Of a stretch of DNA of 64,000 bases, positions 1-9,141 are shown in pieces. Within the stretch, counting starts at the first letter, position 1. Each line of letters starts with the position of its first letter. The DNA is taken from the NCBI GenBank assembly GCA_965199825.1, contig OZ241329.1, forward strand, positions 2,368,001-2,432,000, given 5' to 3'. The notes under the pieces are model-generated. The model was not told the origin of the DNA and made no database searches. It saw nothing but the letters and a program-made list of their open reading frames with translations. This DNA is from Bdellovibrionales bacterium. GTDB lineage: Bacteria > Bdellovibrionota > Bdellovibrionia > Bdellovibrionales > UBA1609. Made by a program: the position numbers and the translations under genes.

Positions 1-160
1 AAACATCACTACACAAGTCCAGTATCCCCAACGCATCTTTTCATCATGCCATAAGCCTGACTTTTAAAGAGTATTGAATTATTTCGTATGTGCTTTTTCA
101 TGACTTTCGACTATATTAAAAATCCTAGGCTATTTAAGGCCAAGAAAGGAGGTGGTGCTA

Positions 161-208
161 ATGGTAGATTATGAACGCATACCAATGGCGGAGGTGAATG
201 CCATTTAA
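161..208 (+). CDS. Putative 15-aa small peptide MVDYERIPMAEVNAI (not in ORF track)
   Basis: ATG 161 to TAA 208; very strong SD AAGAAAGGAGGTG at 142-154, 6 nt upstream; followed by hairpins and an intrinsic terminator. Confidence 0.55.
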   Translation: MVDYERIPMAEVNAI

Positions 209-266
209 CCTCCATTGTTGGAGAAAGTGATTCATTCACTTTCGCCAGAGGTTATGACCGTTTCCC

Positions 267-298
267 GGCCAGGCTTGAAAAAGCCTGGCCTTTTTTTT
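267..298 (+). terminator. Intrinsic terminator
   Basis: Perfect 10-bp stem GGCCAGGCTT-GAAA-AAGCCTGGCC (267-290) then T8 on +; abuts the stop of the convergent ybbP-like gene. Confidence 0.9.
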
Positions 299-2657
299 AC
301 ATTAAATCTTTTGTCTGAACTCTTAAAGTTTGGCGTACAAAAAACAACAGCGGTAAACTAAATAAAATTAAATTAAGCAACGGCAAAAATTCATAAAGCT
401 GAAATTCAAAATTCCAAGGTGTTAAAAAAATCTTTTTAAGAACCAAATACGACATCCACCGCGCCGACATATTGGCAAAAAGATAGCTCAACAAAAATAA
501 AAATAAAAATTCAGTCAAAAGATAAAGGCGACGTTGATTTTGCGAGGCCCCAAAAGTTTCTAAAAGAGCCATTTCGGTTCTTCGCAATGAAAATGAAAAA
601 GATAAAATCATTGTGATTAGAATCGAGAGAAAAACTGCGACTCCAATTAAAAAATAAATTAACGGCTTTTTAATCTGTCGAAGCAAATCGCTCAAGCGCT
701 CAAGAATTTTTGCAATATCGATCACCGAAACCGCAGGATGCTTTTTTAACAATTGAGATTGAAATTGTTCCTTGCTCTGGCTGCCACGAGCTGTCCCAAT
801 CATCGAAAAAGGAAACCTTTCAAGTGTCCCTTTAGGAAACTGAATAAAAAAATTGGGTTGAAACTGATTCCATTCGATCGATCGAATTTGCGAAACCAAA
901 GCCTTTACTTCTTCACCCTGAAGCTCAAATTGTAATAGATCATTCAATTTAATATTGTTGCGTTTTGCAAACTCCAATTCGAGCGAGACCTGACCCTGTT
1001 TTATTTCGTTTGATCCTTCAAAAACAGATTCGGATCTTTTAAGCTTTGAGGATTCGGTCATGCGTAAAGGAAAACGTTTAAGCTGATCACTTTCCACCGG
1101 TTTATCATTTATTTTTTCGAGGCGCCCCAGGAATAACCGAGATGGATTTTCGAACTGACCACCGAGAGAGGTAACATCGGAAATGAGTTGATCCAGATCC
1201 TCTGGCTGAATGTTTGAGACAAAAAACTGAGGGGTCACCTCTGATTGGGGAGCAAGCTCTTTTTCGACCGCGCGACCAAAATGAAGAAGTAAAAGTTGAA
1301 CAAATAAAGCTGTGAAAAAAGTTTGGAACAAAAGGATATGACCACTTCTTGGCTTACTCAAGTTTCTGAGCGAGAGAAGAACAATTTTTTGTACTTGGAC
1401 CAAACCTAAACTAGTTTTTAAAAGCTTTGGAATGATCAAACATGAAAACAAAAGGGTGAGGCATTCAAAGCCAATAAAAAAGAGCAAATACATTTTATTT
1501 TCAAACCAAAACAGAGCGAGCCCAAATGAAAATAATAATCCGAGAGCCAAACTCATCAAGATTGGGGGTTGATCTTCTTGCTTTAAAAGCTGAAAAACCG
1601 AACGCGACTTCATCTCGATGAGATGTGCAGCCCAGATCCCAAGACATAAAATTAAACCCAGGATTTGCAACTTTAAGATAATCCCAAATTCAAAGTTCAG
1701 TGGCGTCAATACTGAAGTCATGATGAGTAAGACTGTCCCCATAAGCAAACTCAGTTGGACCGCTAAAAGAGCAAGGGTAAAAAGATAGCCTGCACGAGCG
1801 ATGCGCTTGACTCCGTAGCAGGTGAGAAGGCCTAAGAGCGCGCTTCGATTTTGTAGCAAAGTGTGAAGCGAATAAAAACTGACGATAAAACAAAGAACAC
1901 TTAAAAACATCACGGCCAAATCAACGATTTGAAGGGCGAAATTGAGTCCCTTTTCGATGGTCTTGACCGCATCTTGCTTTGTGCGAACAAAATATCCCCG
2001 TTTTTCAATTTCATTTTTTGTTTCTTGAGAGATCAGCGGACACAGATCATAGCGGCGGTAGTACACCAGACTCCCGGGCGCAATCAGGCCGGTTTTGATC
2101 AAGAGATCTTGCGAAAGAAAAAGAGGTTCAGCCGGTGAAAACCGAAACTGCTGAGAGCTTAAGTTTCGGTTGAGAGGTTGGTCCACTTTGACTTTTAAAT
2201 TCCCGACTTGAAGGATTTCGTCATGCTTGAGATCTAAATTTTTCCACAAATCAAGACTGACATTTAAATCCTTTTCAAAATGGCTTTTACCAATCAGTGG
2301 ATAATTTTTTGAAACTCCTTTGATTTCGGCAAGAGCAGACAGCTCTCCATGGGTCACATTGCTCACGAGTTCGATTACTAAAGCATGAGCCGTTGATTTT
2401 AAGATCTCTGTTAGCCATCCCTCATCCTGCGGCGACATCGGGCGTGTTGAGGTGATCTCCACATCGCCGCCTAAAATACTTTGGGCTTCGGACTCAATAG
2501 TGTGAACAAATGTGCTCTTCAGCATAAGGCTTAGGCCCAACAAAAATAATGCGGGCCCAAGACTTAAGATCACCATGTTGAGTCGTAAATAAGAATGAGA
2601 TAAATCTTTGAATATAAATTTAAAGTATTGAGCTATCGACAAGTGCGCCTTTTTCAA
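297..2657 (-). CDS. ybbP: FtsX-like ABC transporter permease (YbbP family)
   Basis: 786 aa with two TM clusters, LGGDVEI and FFVSNIQP motifs; downstream of ABC ATPase and TesA. Confidence 0.8.
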   Translation of the reverse strand: MKKAHLSIAQYFKFIFKDLSHSYLRLNMVILSLGPALFLLGLSLMLKSTFVHTIESEAQSILGGDVEITSTRPMSPQDEGWLTEILKSTAHALVIELVSNVTHGELSALAEIKGVSKNYPLIGKSHFEKDLNVSLDLWKNLDLKHDEILQVGNLKVKVDQPLNRNLSSQQFRFSPAEPLFLSQDLLIKTGLIAPGSLVYYRRYDLCPLISQETKNEIEKRGYFVRTKQDAVKTIEKGLNFALQIVDLAVMFLSVLCFIVSFYSLHTLLQNRSALLGLLTCYGVKRIARAGYLFTLALLAVQLSLLMGTVLLIMTSVLTPLNFEFGIILKLQILGLILCLGIWAAHLIEMKSRSVFQLLKQEDQPPILMSLALGLLFSFGLALFWFENKMYLLFFIGFECLTLLFSCLIIPKLLKTSLGLVQVQKIVLLSLRNLSKPRSGHILLFQTFFTALFVQLLLLHFGRAVEKELAPQSEVTPQFFVSNIQPEDLDQLISDVTSLGGQFENPSRLFLGRLEKINDKPVESDQLKRFPLRMTESSKLKRSESVFEGSNEIKQGQVSLELEFAKRNNIKLNDLLQFELQGEEVKALVSQIRSIEWNQFQPNFFIQFPKGTLERFPFSMIGTARGSQSKEQFQSQLLKKHPAVSVIDIAKILERLSDLLRQIKKPLIYFLIGVAVFLSILITMILSFSFSLRRTEMALLETFGASQNQRRLYLLTEFLFLFLLSYLFANMSARWMSYLVLKKIFLTPWNFEFQLYEFLPLLNLILFSLPLLFFVRQTLRVQTKDLM

Positions 2658-3297
2658 ACCTCAAATGACGATGACAAAATTGTATCATTTTTGGATCATG
2701 AGTGACCAATAACAAAGCCATCTTGAGCGGAGTCAAAATTGTGGTGAGCAACTTCAGAACATCGAGCGCGGTTTTTTGATCAAGACTTCCCGTGGGTTCA
2801 TCGGCCAATAAAATTTTTGGTTTTAAAATTAGGGCTCTTGCGATCGCAACTCTCTGACATTCGCCCCGAGACATTTGATGGGGGTAGTGATCCCTTCGCT
2901 TTTGAATATCAAGATCGTTAAGAAGTTCATTAGCAAAAGTCTGGTCTGAAATCCCTTTGAGCTGCAGTGGAAACAGAATGTTTTCGATAGCGGTCAAAAA
3001 AGGCAACAGATGAAATTGTTGAAAGATCATTCCAACAGTTTGGGACCGAAAGAGACTTAAATGATCCCCTTTAAGTTGGTTTAAATTTTTTTGAGATATT
3101 TTTACCTCACCGTGATCGGGCGAATCAAGTCCGTATAAAATCGAAAGCAGTGTGGACTTACCACAACCCGAGGGCCCCATGAGACTGACGAATTCAGCTT
3201 GTTGAACTTTAAGGTTGAGTGAATCAAGAATCTTTAATCCTGTAGGATGATCTTGAGACACATAGCTTTTTGAAATATTCGATGCTTCTAAAATCAT
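2620..3297 (-). CDS. ybbA: ABC transporter ATP-binding protein (YbbA/LolD-like)
   Basis: Walker A GPSGCGKST, signature-like MSRGECQRVAIARAL, ILLADEPTG, VTHD. Confidence 0.9.
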   Translation of the reverse strand: MILEASNISKSYVSQDHPTGLKILDSLNLKVQQAEFVSLMGPSGCGKSTLLSILYGLDSPDHGEVKISQKNLNQLKGDHLSLFRSQTVGMIFQQFHLLPFLTAIENILFPLQLKGISDQTFANELLNDLDIQKRRDHYPHQMSRGECQRVAIARALILKPKILLADEPTGSLDQKTALDVLKLLTTILTPLKMALLLVTHDPKMIQFCHRHLRFEKGALVDSSIL

Positions 3298-3890
3298 AAA
3301 AGTTTTTTTAAAGCCGGATAAAGATTTTTATAAATCACGTTGTGCCCTTGGGCATTGGGATGAAACCCGTCGGCTTGGTTTAACTCTTGATGTCCTGCAA
3401 CACCTTCGAGCAAAAAAGGAAAAAATGGGATCTGAAATTTTTTGGCGATGCGAGGATAAAGATCTTGAAAATCTTTGGCGTATTTTGGACCAAGATTGGG
3501 AAAGATTCGCATTCCAACAAGCAGCACTTTGACTTTATTTTGCTTTAATAGCTCGATGGTTTTTGTAATGTTCGATTCGATGATTTGAACCGCAGTGCCC
3601 TGGCGAGCATCGTTGCCTCCAATAGTTAAAACCACAAGATCAGGTTTATTTTGTTTGAGATAAAACTGAGCCCGAGAAAAAACCGATGAACTTAAGGCGC
3701 CACTTTCGGCCCCATTAACAATTTTAAATTCAGGCTTTTCGGTTTTTAGTTTTTGTTGAATTAAAAAAACAAAACTCTCGTCACGCGACACACCATAGCC
3801 TGCGGTCAATGAGTCGCCCAAAAACAAAATTTCTGAGGCAAACGAAGGCGTTACAATTAATAGAGCAAGAAGAGTGAGAGGTTTAAGCAT
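3294..3890 (-). CDS. tesA: Arylesterase / acyl-CoA thioesterase I (SGNH hydrolase)
   Basis: GDSL motif (FLGDSLTAGYG), GGND, DGFHPN; signal peptide from ATG 3890. Confidence 0.9.
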   Translation of the reverse strand: MLKPLTLLALLIVTPSFASEILFLGDSLTAGYGVSRDESFVFLIQQKLKTEKPEFKIVNGAESGALSSSVFSRAQFYLKQNKPDLVVLTIGGNDARQGTAVQIIESNITKTIELLKQNKVKVLLVGMRIFPNLGPKYAKDFQDLYPRIAKKFQIPFFPFLLEGVAGHQELNQADGFHPNAQGHNVIYKNLYPALKKLL

Positions 3891-3980
3891 AGAGTAAAAT
3901 TGATCACGATAAACTAGACCTTTCAAGCTTCATCAAAAAATGACTTGTCCAAGTGGTTTTGATTCTTCTACCATTTTGGT

Positions 3981-4044
3981 GTGGGGGGGCGATGTTTGGA
4001 AGGACACCTATCAGAGGCACGGAAGCTTCACATCGCCTTTTTTC
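3981..4044 (+). ncRNA. Candidate small hairpin RNA with GGA motifs (or attenuator)
   Basis: Stem GGCGATGT (3988-3995)/ACATCGCC (4030-4037) plus T tract; three GGA in the loop; TTGTCC-N18-TACCAT at 3945-3974. Confidence 0.3.
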
Positions 4045-4118
4045 TTGGTAAAAGCCCTTTTTTGCTCACACCCTGATTAACTCTTCAACAGATCAATATA
4101 AGCTCAGCCACCACCGCG

Positions 4119-4134
4119 TGGCGCTTGGCTTGCT
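4119..4134 (+). promoter_or_regulatory. Sigma-54 (-24/-12) promoter candidate
   Basis: TGGCGC-TTGGC-TTGCT versus consensus TGGCAC-N5-TTGC(A/T), exact GG-N10-GC spacing, 15 nt before ATG 4150. Confidence 0.65.
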
Positions 4135-4149
4135 CTTTTATAAATCAGT

Positions 4150-5694
4150 ATGAAAAGAGTCTCTTTACTTATTTTATTTATCCTAGGTTGCCAACAAAAG
4201 ACCGCTGTGGAATCGGGCAACTCCACCTTTGTGACCAAGGGCTTACCCTCTGTGGTTCAACCACTTGAAGAAAAAGAAGCTGCCACTCTGACTCCAACTT
4301 TCGTGAGCGAAGTAGCAAAGCCCCCAATTCAACCTTCCGCTCAACCTCATGTGACCAAAGAGCCAACAATTTTGGGCCTTACCAATCCAATGATTCTTCC
4401 TCCGCTCGGAAAACAAATTGAAGTGTTTGTCACATTCCAAACCACGGAATCTTCGGTAAGGCTGCACCTCCGTGGTGAGGTCAGCCCCTATCGCAATGGA
4501 CTGTTTGTTGGGGTGCTTTCGGATCCCTCTGAAATTAAAAGTCACCGGGTCAAAGCCATCGCCATCTGTCCAAATTCTATTTGCGATCATGTGATTGTGA
4601 ATCTGCATTACCTTGTGAATAACGAAATCAAAAACTTTCAGACCGAATGGTTTAAAAAAATTGAACCAGTCGAAATGACCGCGCCACCCGAACAGTCACC
4701 TCCAAATATAAATATCGCGGTGAGACCTGAAGAAGATGTGAACGAAGGTTCATTTTCTGAGCCCCCAAAAGGCTCCGTCGAAGAACAGGCCGAGCAGGGC
4801 GGTGGATATGTCTCGCTCGATCCCGAAAAGCTTGAGGGTTTTAAAACCGATTTGTTGCCTTTTACAGCACCTGTTCCAGCCACAATTCCGCACATTGAAA
4901 TTGCCAAAAAACATGAGCCTCCGGTCATCAATCTAAGGCCCGAAGTTGCAAAACCGTTAGATCCGATTCCAATTCCACCCCCGTTTGTTGAACCCCAAAA
5001 AGTGATTCAATCTTTGATTGAGGTCGCAACCAATCTGGTTGAAGGCGGGGAGGCCAGAAATTTTTATTTCAAAGCTGGCCAGATTATGGATGACAGTGTT
5101 TTGCCTGAGTCCGGAGTGGGCTTTGTTAAAACCACTCTTGAGCGCGATCGAAGGTATGGTTCAGGGTTGCTGGTTCAATTGATCATCGATTCGGCCAAAG
5201 CCTTTCGCACAGAGACCACCTATTCAGATAATGAATTATGGATTAGTGATATCTCGCAAAAAGGTGGCGGCGATATGCACCGCAGGGACTCGAGCAATCG
5301 TTTGATTAAGAATGATGCCCACCAAAATGGTTTAGATGTGGATATCGCTTATCTCAACCAAAATCCAAACTTTAATTTCCAGGTTGTGAATAATCAGGTG
5401 CTTCCCAATTTTGATTTTAAAAGGAATTTTGAATTTATGCGGCTGCTTGTAAAAACCAAAATGGTTGGATCTATTTTTGTCGATCCGCGTATCAAAAAGG
5501 GATTTTGTGGCTGGTTCAAACGAGAAATCCAAAATCCAACCGAGCTTGATCATGAAGTTCTAGAGCGAATGTATCATGTCGAGGGGCATACCAATCACTT
5601 TCATGTTCGGCTCAAATGCTCGCCAAATTATATCTTATGTGTGCCGCAAGGATTGAATGGCGATGGTCTTTTAAATAAAACCCCATGTAACTGA
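4150..5694 (+). CDS. Lipoprotein with C-terminal MepA-type penicillin-insensitive murein endopeptidase domain
   Basis: Lipobox ILGC; Pro-rich linker; HQNGLDVD and HTNHFHVRLKC zinc motifs of MepA family. Confidence 0.8.
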   Translation: MKRVSLLILFILGCQQKTAVESGNSTFVTKGLPSVVQPLEEKEAATLTPTFVSEVAKPPIQPSAQPHVTKEPTILGLTNPMILPPLGKQIEVFVTFQTTESSVRLHLRGEVSPYRNGLFVGVLSDPSEIKSHRVKAIAICPNSICDHVIVNLHYLVNNEIKNFQTEWFKKIEPVEMTAPPEQSPPNINIAVRPEEDVNEGSFSEPPKGSVEEQAEQGGGYVSLDPEKLEGFKTDLLPFTAPVPATIPHIEIAKKHEPPVINLRPEVAKPLDPIPIPPPFVEPQKVIQSLIEVATNLVEGGEARNFYFKAGQIMDDSVLPESGVGFVKTTLERDRRYGSGLLVQLIIDSAKAFRTETTYSDNELWISDISQKGGGDMHRRDSSNRLIKNDAHQNGLDVDIAYLNQNPNFNFQVVNNQVLPNFDFKRNFEFMRLLVKTKMVGSIFVDPRIKKGFCGWFKREIQNPTELDHEVLERMYHVEGHTNHFHVRLKCSPNYILCVPQGLNGDGLLNKTPCN

Positions 5695-5718
5695 AACATA
5701 ATATAACTTATAAACAAA
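5691..5718 (-). other. dif-like XerC/XerD recombination site
   Basis: Minus strand TTTGTTTATAA-GTTATA-TTATGTTTCAG keeps the ATAA-N6-TTATGT core of E. coli dif (GGTGCGCATAA-TGTATA-TTATGTTAAAT); almost entirely intergenic. Confidence 0.55.
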
Positions 5719-5766
5719 ACGAAACTGGACTTTTGTTTGTCTCTCTTCCTCTCTTAAAATTTAAAA

Positions 5767-6264
5767 ATGATTTTATCCCTCATACATTTACCTTCAGACC
5801 GCAAAGTTGAAGATGTCACAAAAGATGAGGCTAAAGCTCTGATCAAAATTCTAGGCACCGAACTTTTAAAGCAATGGTATATCGAGATCGATGCCAATAC
5901 TAAAATCCCCCTAACCCTTAAGTTTTTTGAAAACAGCATCGAAGAGCTTTCCGAAAAAACGGTTGAATTTGAGCTTGAATACACTCGTGTAGACCATCGT
6001 AAACAAAAAAGATTTGACCGGCAATTTCAGTTTTTGGCCTTAAGCCAAACCACGACCTTTGAAACCCAAACCGTAGATATCAGTAGTCGCGGCATTAAAC
6101 TACGTGAGCCGATACCCAGAGAGTTTCCTGAATACTTTGATGCCACCGTGGTCTTTGGGCTGGGGCAAAGTATTGACCTCAAAGTTCGATTAATCACACC
6201 TAAAAAGCTCCAGATTCTTGAGATCGACAATCCAGCGATCCTCAACCAATGGCTCTTAAAATGA
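5767..6264 (+). CDS. PilZ domain protein (putative c-di-GMP binding)
   Basis: RKQKR (RxxxR) and DISSRG (DxSxxG) motifs in the C-terminal half. Confidence 0.75.
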   Translation: MILSLIHLPSDRKVEDVTKDEAKALIKILGTELLKQWYIEIDANTKIPLTLKFFENSIEELSEKTVEFELEYTRVDHRKQKRFDRQFQFLALSQTTTFETQTVDISSRGIKLREPIPREFPEYFDATVVFGLGQSIDLKVRLITPKKLQILEIDNPAILNQWLLK

Positions 6265-6319
6265 GACACTTTTTGGCTTCTTCTTTTAATACGGGCATGA
6301 GCGATGGTAGACTTTAAGG

Positions 6320-7909
6320 ATGCGCATTGCTTTAGTACTCCCCTTGCTTCTCGTCGGTGTTTTGTTTGGCTACAATTCGTGTCAATCGGCGTTTCACGCC
6401 ATGGACATGTCATCCAGTGCAAGTTTGTGCGCAAAGCCGGTTCAGGCCAACCAGCGCTTTGCCCAAGCTAATCTCTCTCCCCTTCAAACAAAAAAAGTTT
6501 GGTTAAGTTCGCCAACTACAGCCAAGATGCGCGCTCAAAGTCAGGGGCTTACAGGTCTTACCGCTTTGATCGATGTGAGCTGTGTGCAAAATCGTAAAGT
6601 CAAAGCGCTTGCCGAAACGATTATTGGAACTTCGCAACTTCTAGGCTCCTTAGAACGCCAAGCCTTTCGTTTTTCGACACCGCTGAGCGAATCGGTTTTA
6701 ACCGCTCAAGCCAACGATGATGCCTGCATCATCGGAATCTCATTTGATCACGAGTACAAAAAAGCAAGTGTCAATTTGAATGACGCTGACTATAGTCAGC
6801 AGGCCCAACTCTTTTCGATGAATGCAGCTCAAGGCTATTCGCGTTTTTTTGATAGCACTTATGGAATATTGCCCGAAGGATCTGGCGCAAAAAACACCAT
6901 CGTCGCTGTGGTTGATTCAGGGGTTGATTATTCTCATCCCGATTTGAATTCAAACATTCTTCAGTTGAATCTTAGTGGAGGAAATGTGGGTTACGGCGTG
7001 GATGCCGCGACCATAGGATCAAATTTGGTAAACTATAATCCGATCGATGTTGATCCAGAAAGTCACGGCACTCATGTGTCGGGATTGGTCGCTGCAACAA
7101 CCGGAAATTCGATCGGAATTGTGGGTACTGCGCCGTCTCGCACACGTATTTTGGCAGTGCGGATATTTGATATCAACTCCTCAGGCGATACTGTTTCGAG
7201 TACAATCACCGCGGTCAATGGACTCGAGTTTGCGCGAGCAAACAATGCCGATGTGGTAAATTTAAGTATTGAGCAAAGCTATGCTGGGCCTTCAGCCACA
7301 AATCCTGATGCGGCCGGAGATGCCATTCTGCAAGATGAAATCCAAAAGCTGGTTTCTCAAGGAATAACTGTTGTGATGGCAATGGGAAATGCCACCGATA
7401 CGATTCCCGCGGGCGAAGTCGACGAAACGAGTTTAACCGTTGTGCCCGCCATTTATGCCAAGAATTCACCTGGAGTTATCGGTGTTGCAAGTGTGGACAC
7501 CAATTTAGTTAATGGTTTAACAATGCTGAGCTCATTTTCAAACTACGGTGTGAATTACGCAAAGATTGGATCTTATGGCGCCCAAAGCAGCCAAGGTTCG
7601 AACTTTGTGGGCGTGCTTTCAACCTTGCGTAATGGGACTTACGGAACTCTTGCCGGAACTTCAATGGCCACACCCGAGGTCTCGGCCGCGGTCTCTCTCG
7701 TTATTACTTTGATCCGAGATCGCACCGGCCACGCGCCGTCGCCCGCAGAGGTTGAACGCCTCCTGCTCCTCGGCAGTAAAAAGAACACGAATTTGGCAAG
7801 CGTGATCAAAGACGGAAATACATTGGATTTAGGTCTACTGTTTGATGCGGTCGCCAGAAATTATCCACAGACTGTTGATCCCGCTTATTTTGCAACACTC
7901 TGCCCATAA
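6320..7909 (+). CDS. Secreted S8 family (subtilisin-like) serine protease
   Basis: Catalytic triad motifs VAVVDSG, HGTHVSG, GTSMATP; N-terminal signal ending YNSC. Confidence 0.92.
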   Translation: MRIALVLPLLLVGVLFGYNSCQSAFHAMDMSSSASLCAKPVQANQRFAQANLSPLQTKKVWLSSPTTAKMRAQSQGLTGLTALIDVSCVQNRKVKALAETIIGTSQLLGSLERQAFRFSTPLSESVLTAQANDDACIIGISFDHEYKKASVNLNDADYSQQAQLFSMNAAQGYSRFFDSTYGILPEGSGAKNTIVAVVDSGVDYSHPDLNSNILQLNLSGGNVGYGVDAATIGSNLVNYNPIDVDPESHGTHVSGLVAATTGNSIGIVGTAPSRTRILAVRIFDINSSGDTVSSTITAVNGLEFARANNADVVNLSIEQSYAGPSATNPDAAGDAILQDEIQKLVSQGITVVMAMGNATDTIPAGEVDETSLTVVPAIYAKNSPGVIGVASVDTNLVNGLTMLSSFSNYGVNYAKIGSYGAQSSQGSNFVGVLSTLRNGTYGTLAGTSMATPEVSAAVSLVITLIRDRTGHAPSPAEVERLLLLGSKKNTNLASVIKDGNTLDLGLLFDAVARNYPQTVDPAYFATLCP

Positions 7910-8299
7910 CTCAGAGGGCAGATATTTTCGACATCCAACTTTTAAACCAATGTAATTTGTAAACTCATTTTGAATCTGCTGAGCGATCTGAAGTCCAAAG
8001 ACCTCTAAAGTTATTCTGTTTTAACTGGTTCTTTCTTTACTCTTCAAAATCTGATCAAGTGTCGGGGCATTAACAAGCTCACCCAAAAATAAACCTCGGC
8101 TAAAAAATTAAAACCTGAGCCAAATTTAGAAAATCCCAAATCACCAAAAAAATACTGGTATTTTTTTGGTTGGTCCAGTCGGGCCTTTTATATATGAGGC
8201 CAGAGCTAAAATGAGCCCCGTGAGAGTGATAATAGATGCTTCATTCGTTAGCATGTTTATTGACTGCGCTTCAATGTTGATAAAAACTGGGAGGACTTT

Positions 8300-9130
8300 A
8301 TGCACATGATTTTTTTTCTCCTTTTTTCGGCCTTGAGCATTGCTGCAGATTTGCAGTCGATGTGCGCAGATCAAATGGCCTCGCTCAAAGGCTTAAAGCC
8401 CGACGGCGACTACAAAAAATTATGTGCCCAAGCCAAAACGGTTGATCCTTGCCAGTCTGAAAACGGCAGTCCGATTTATTTCTTTGATTATATTTCTCAA
8501 GAAAAAAACGCCAAACGCATTTTGGCTCTGTCGTTAATCCATGGAGATGAAGAGCAAAGTGGAACGGTCACTCGTGCATGGATCTCACGGCTGGCCAACA
8601 TTAGCCCGCGCAATTCGTGGCGGGTGATTCCAATCGCAAATCCCGATGGATTTAAAAAGAAAACCCGCACCAATTCTAACAAAGTAGATATCAATCGTAA
8701 TTTTCCAACAGATGATTGGGAAAAAACCGCGCTTTCAATTTGGCGGACCAAACTTCACTCAGACCCACGCCGATTTCCTGGGCCCACCTCGGCAAGCGAA
8801 AAAGAAACCAAATGTTTGATGCATCAGTTTGAGGATTTTAAACCTGACTTTATTATCTCGGTTCATACCCCATTGGGACTGCTTGATTTTGACGGCCCCA
8901 AAGTCGGCTCACCTGATTTTAATCCGTTACCCTGGATCTCGCTTGGAAACTATCCTGGATCGATTGGGCGTTACATGTGGCGTGATAAAAAAATTCCTGT
9001 TTTAACAATCGAGCTTAAAGGAAATACCGGCGTTCAACGCCTTGAGCATTTTGATATGCTCCAAGATATTGCAGGCACGGTAGCCATTCAGGCCCATCGT
9101 TTACTTGAATCAGGCCGCAAAAAAGATTAA
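8300..9130 (+). CDS. M14 zinc carboxypeptidase, MpaA-like murein peptide amidase
   Basis: HGDE, ANPDG, DINRNFP, ISVH and terminal TIE motifs; signal peptide; GGGAGG SD. Confidence 0.82.
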   Translation: MHMIFFLLFSALSIAADLQSMCADQMASLKGLKPDGDYKKLCAQAKTVDPCQSENGSPIYFFDYISQEKNAKRILALSLIHGDEEQSGTVTRAWISRLANISPRNSWRVIPIANPDGFKKKTRTNSNKVDINRNFPTDDWEKTALSIWRTKLHSDPRRFPGPTSASEKETKCLMHQFEDFKPDFIISVHTPLGLLDFDGPKVGSPDFNPLPWISLGNYPGSIGRYMWRDKKIPVLTIELKGNTGVQRLEHFDMLQDIAGTVAIQAHRLLESGRKKD

Positions 9131-9141
9131 ATTTTATTTGT

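Noticed and set aside
1..36. Minus-strand ORF start MRWGYWTCVVMF running off the window
   Set aside because: Only 12 codons visible; cannot be supported
142..154. AAGAAAGGAGGTG as a 16S rRNA 3'-end fragment
   Set aside because: Match does not continue into rRNA sequence (GATCCAGCCGCA); treated as an SD
7910..8299. 390-bp gap with a 37-aa hydrophobic minus ORF (8141-8254) and imperfect 20-bp-period repeat AAACCT..GC at 8091/8111
   Set aside because: No SD or recognisable family; two degenerate copies in A-rich DNA could be chance; may be a decayed gene
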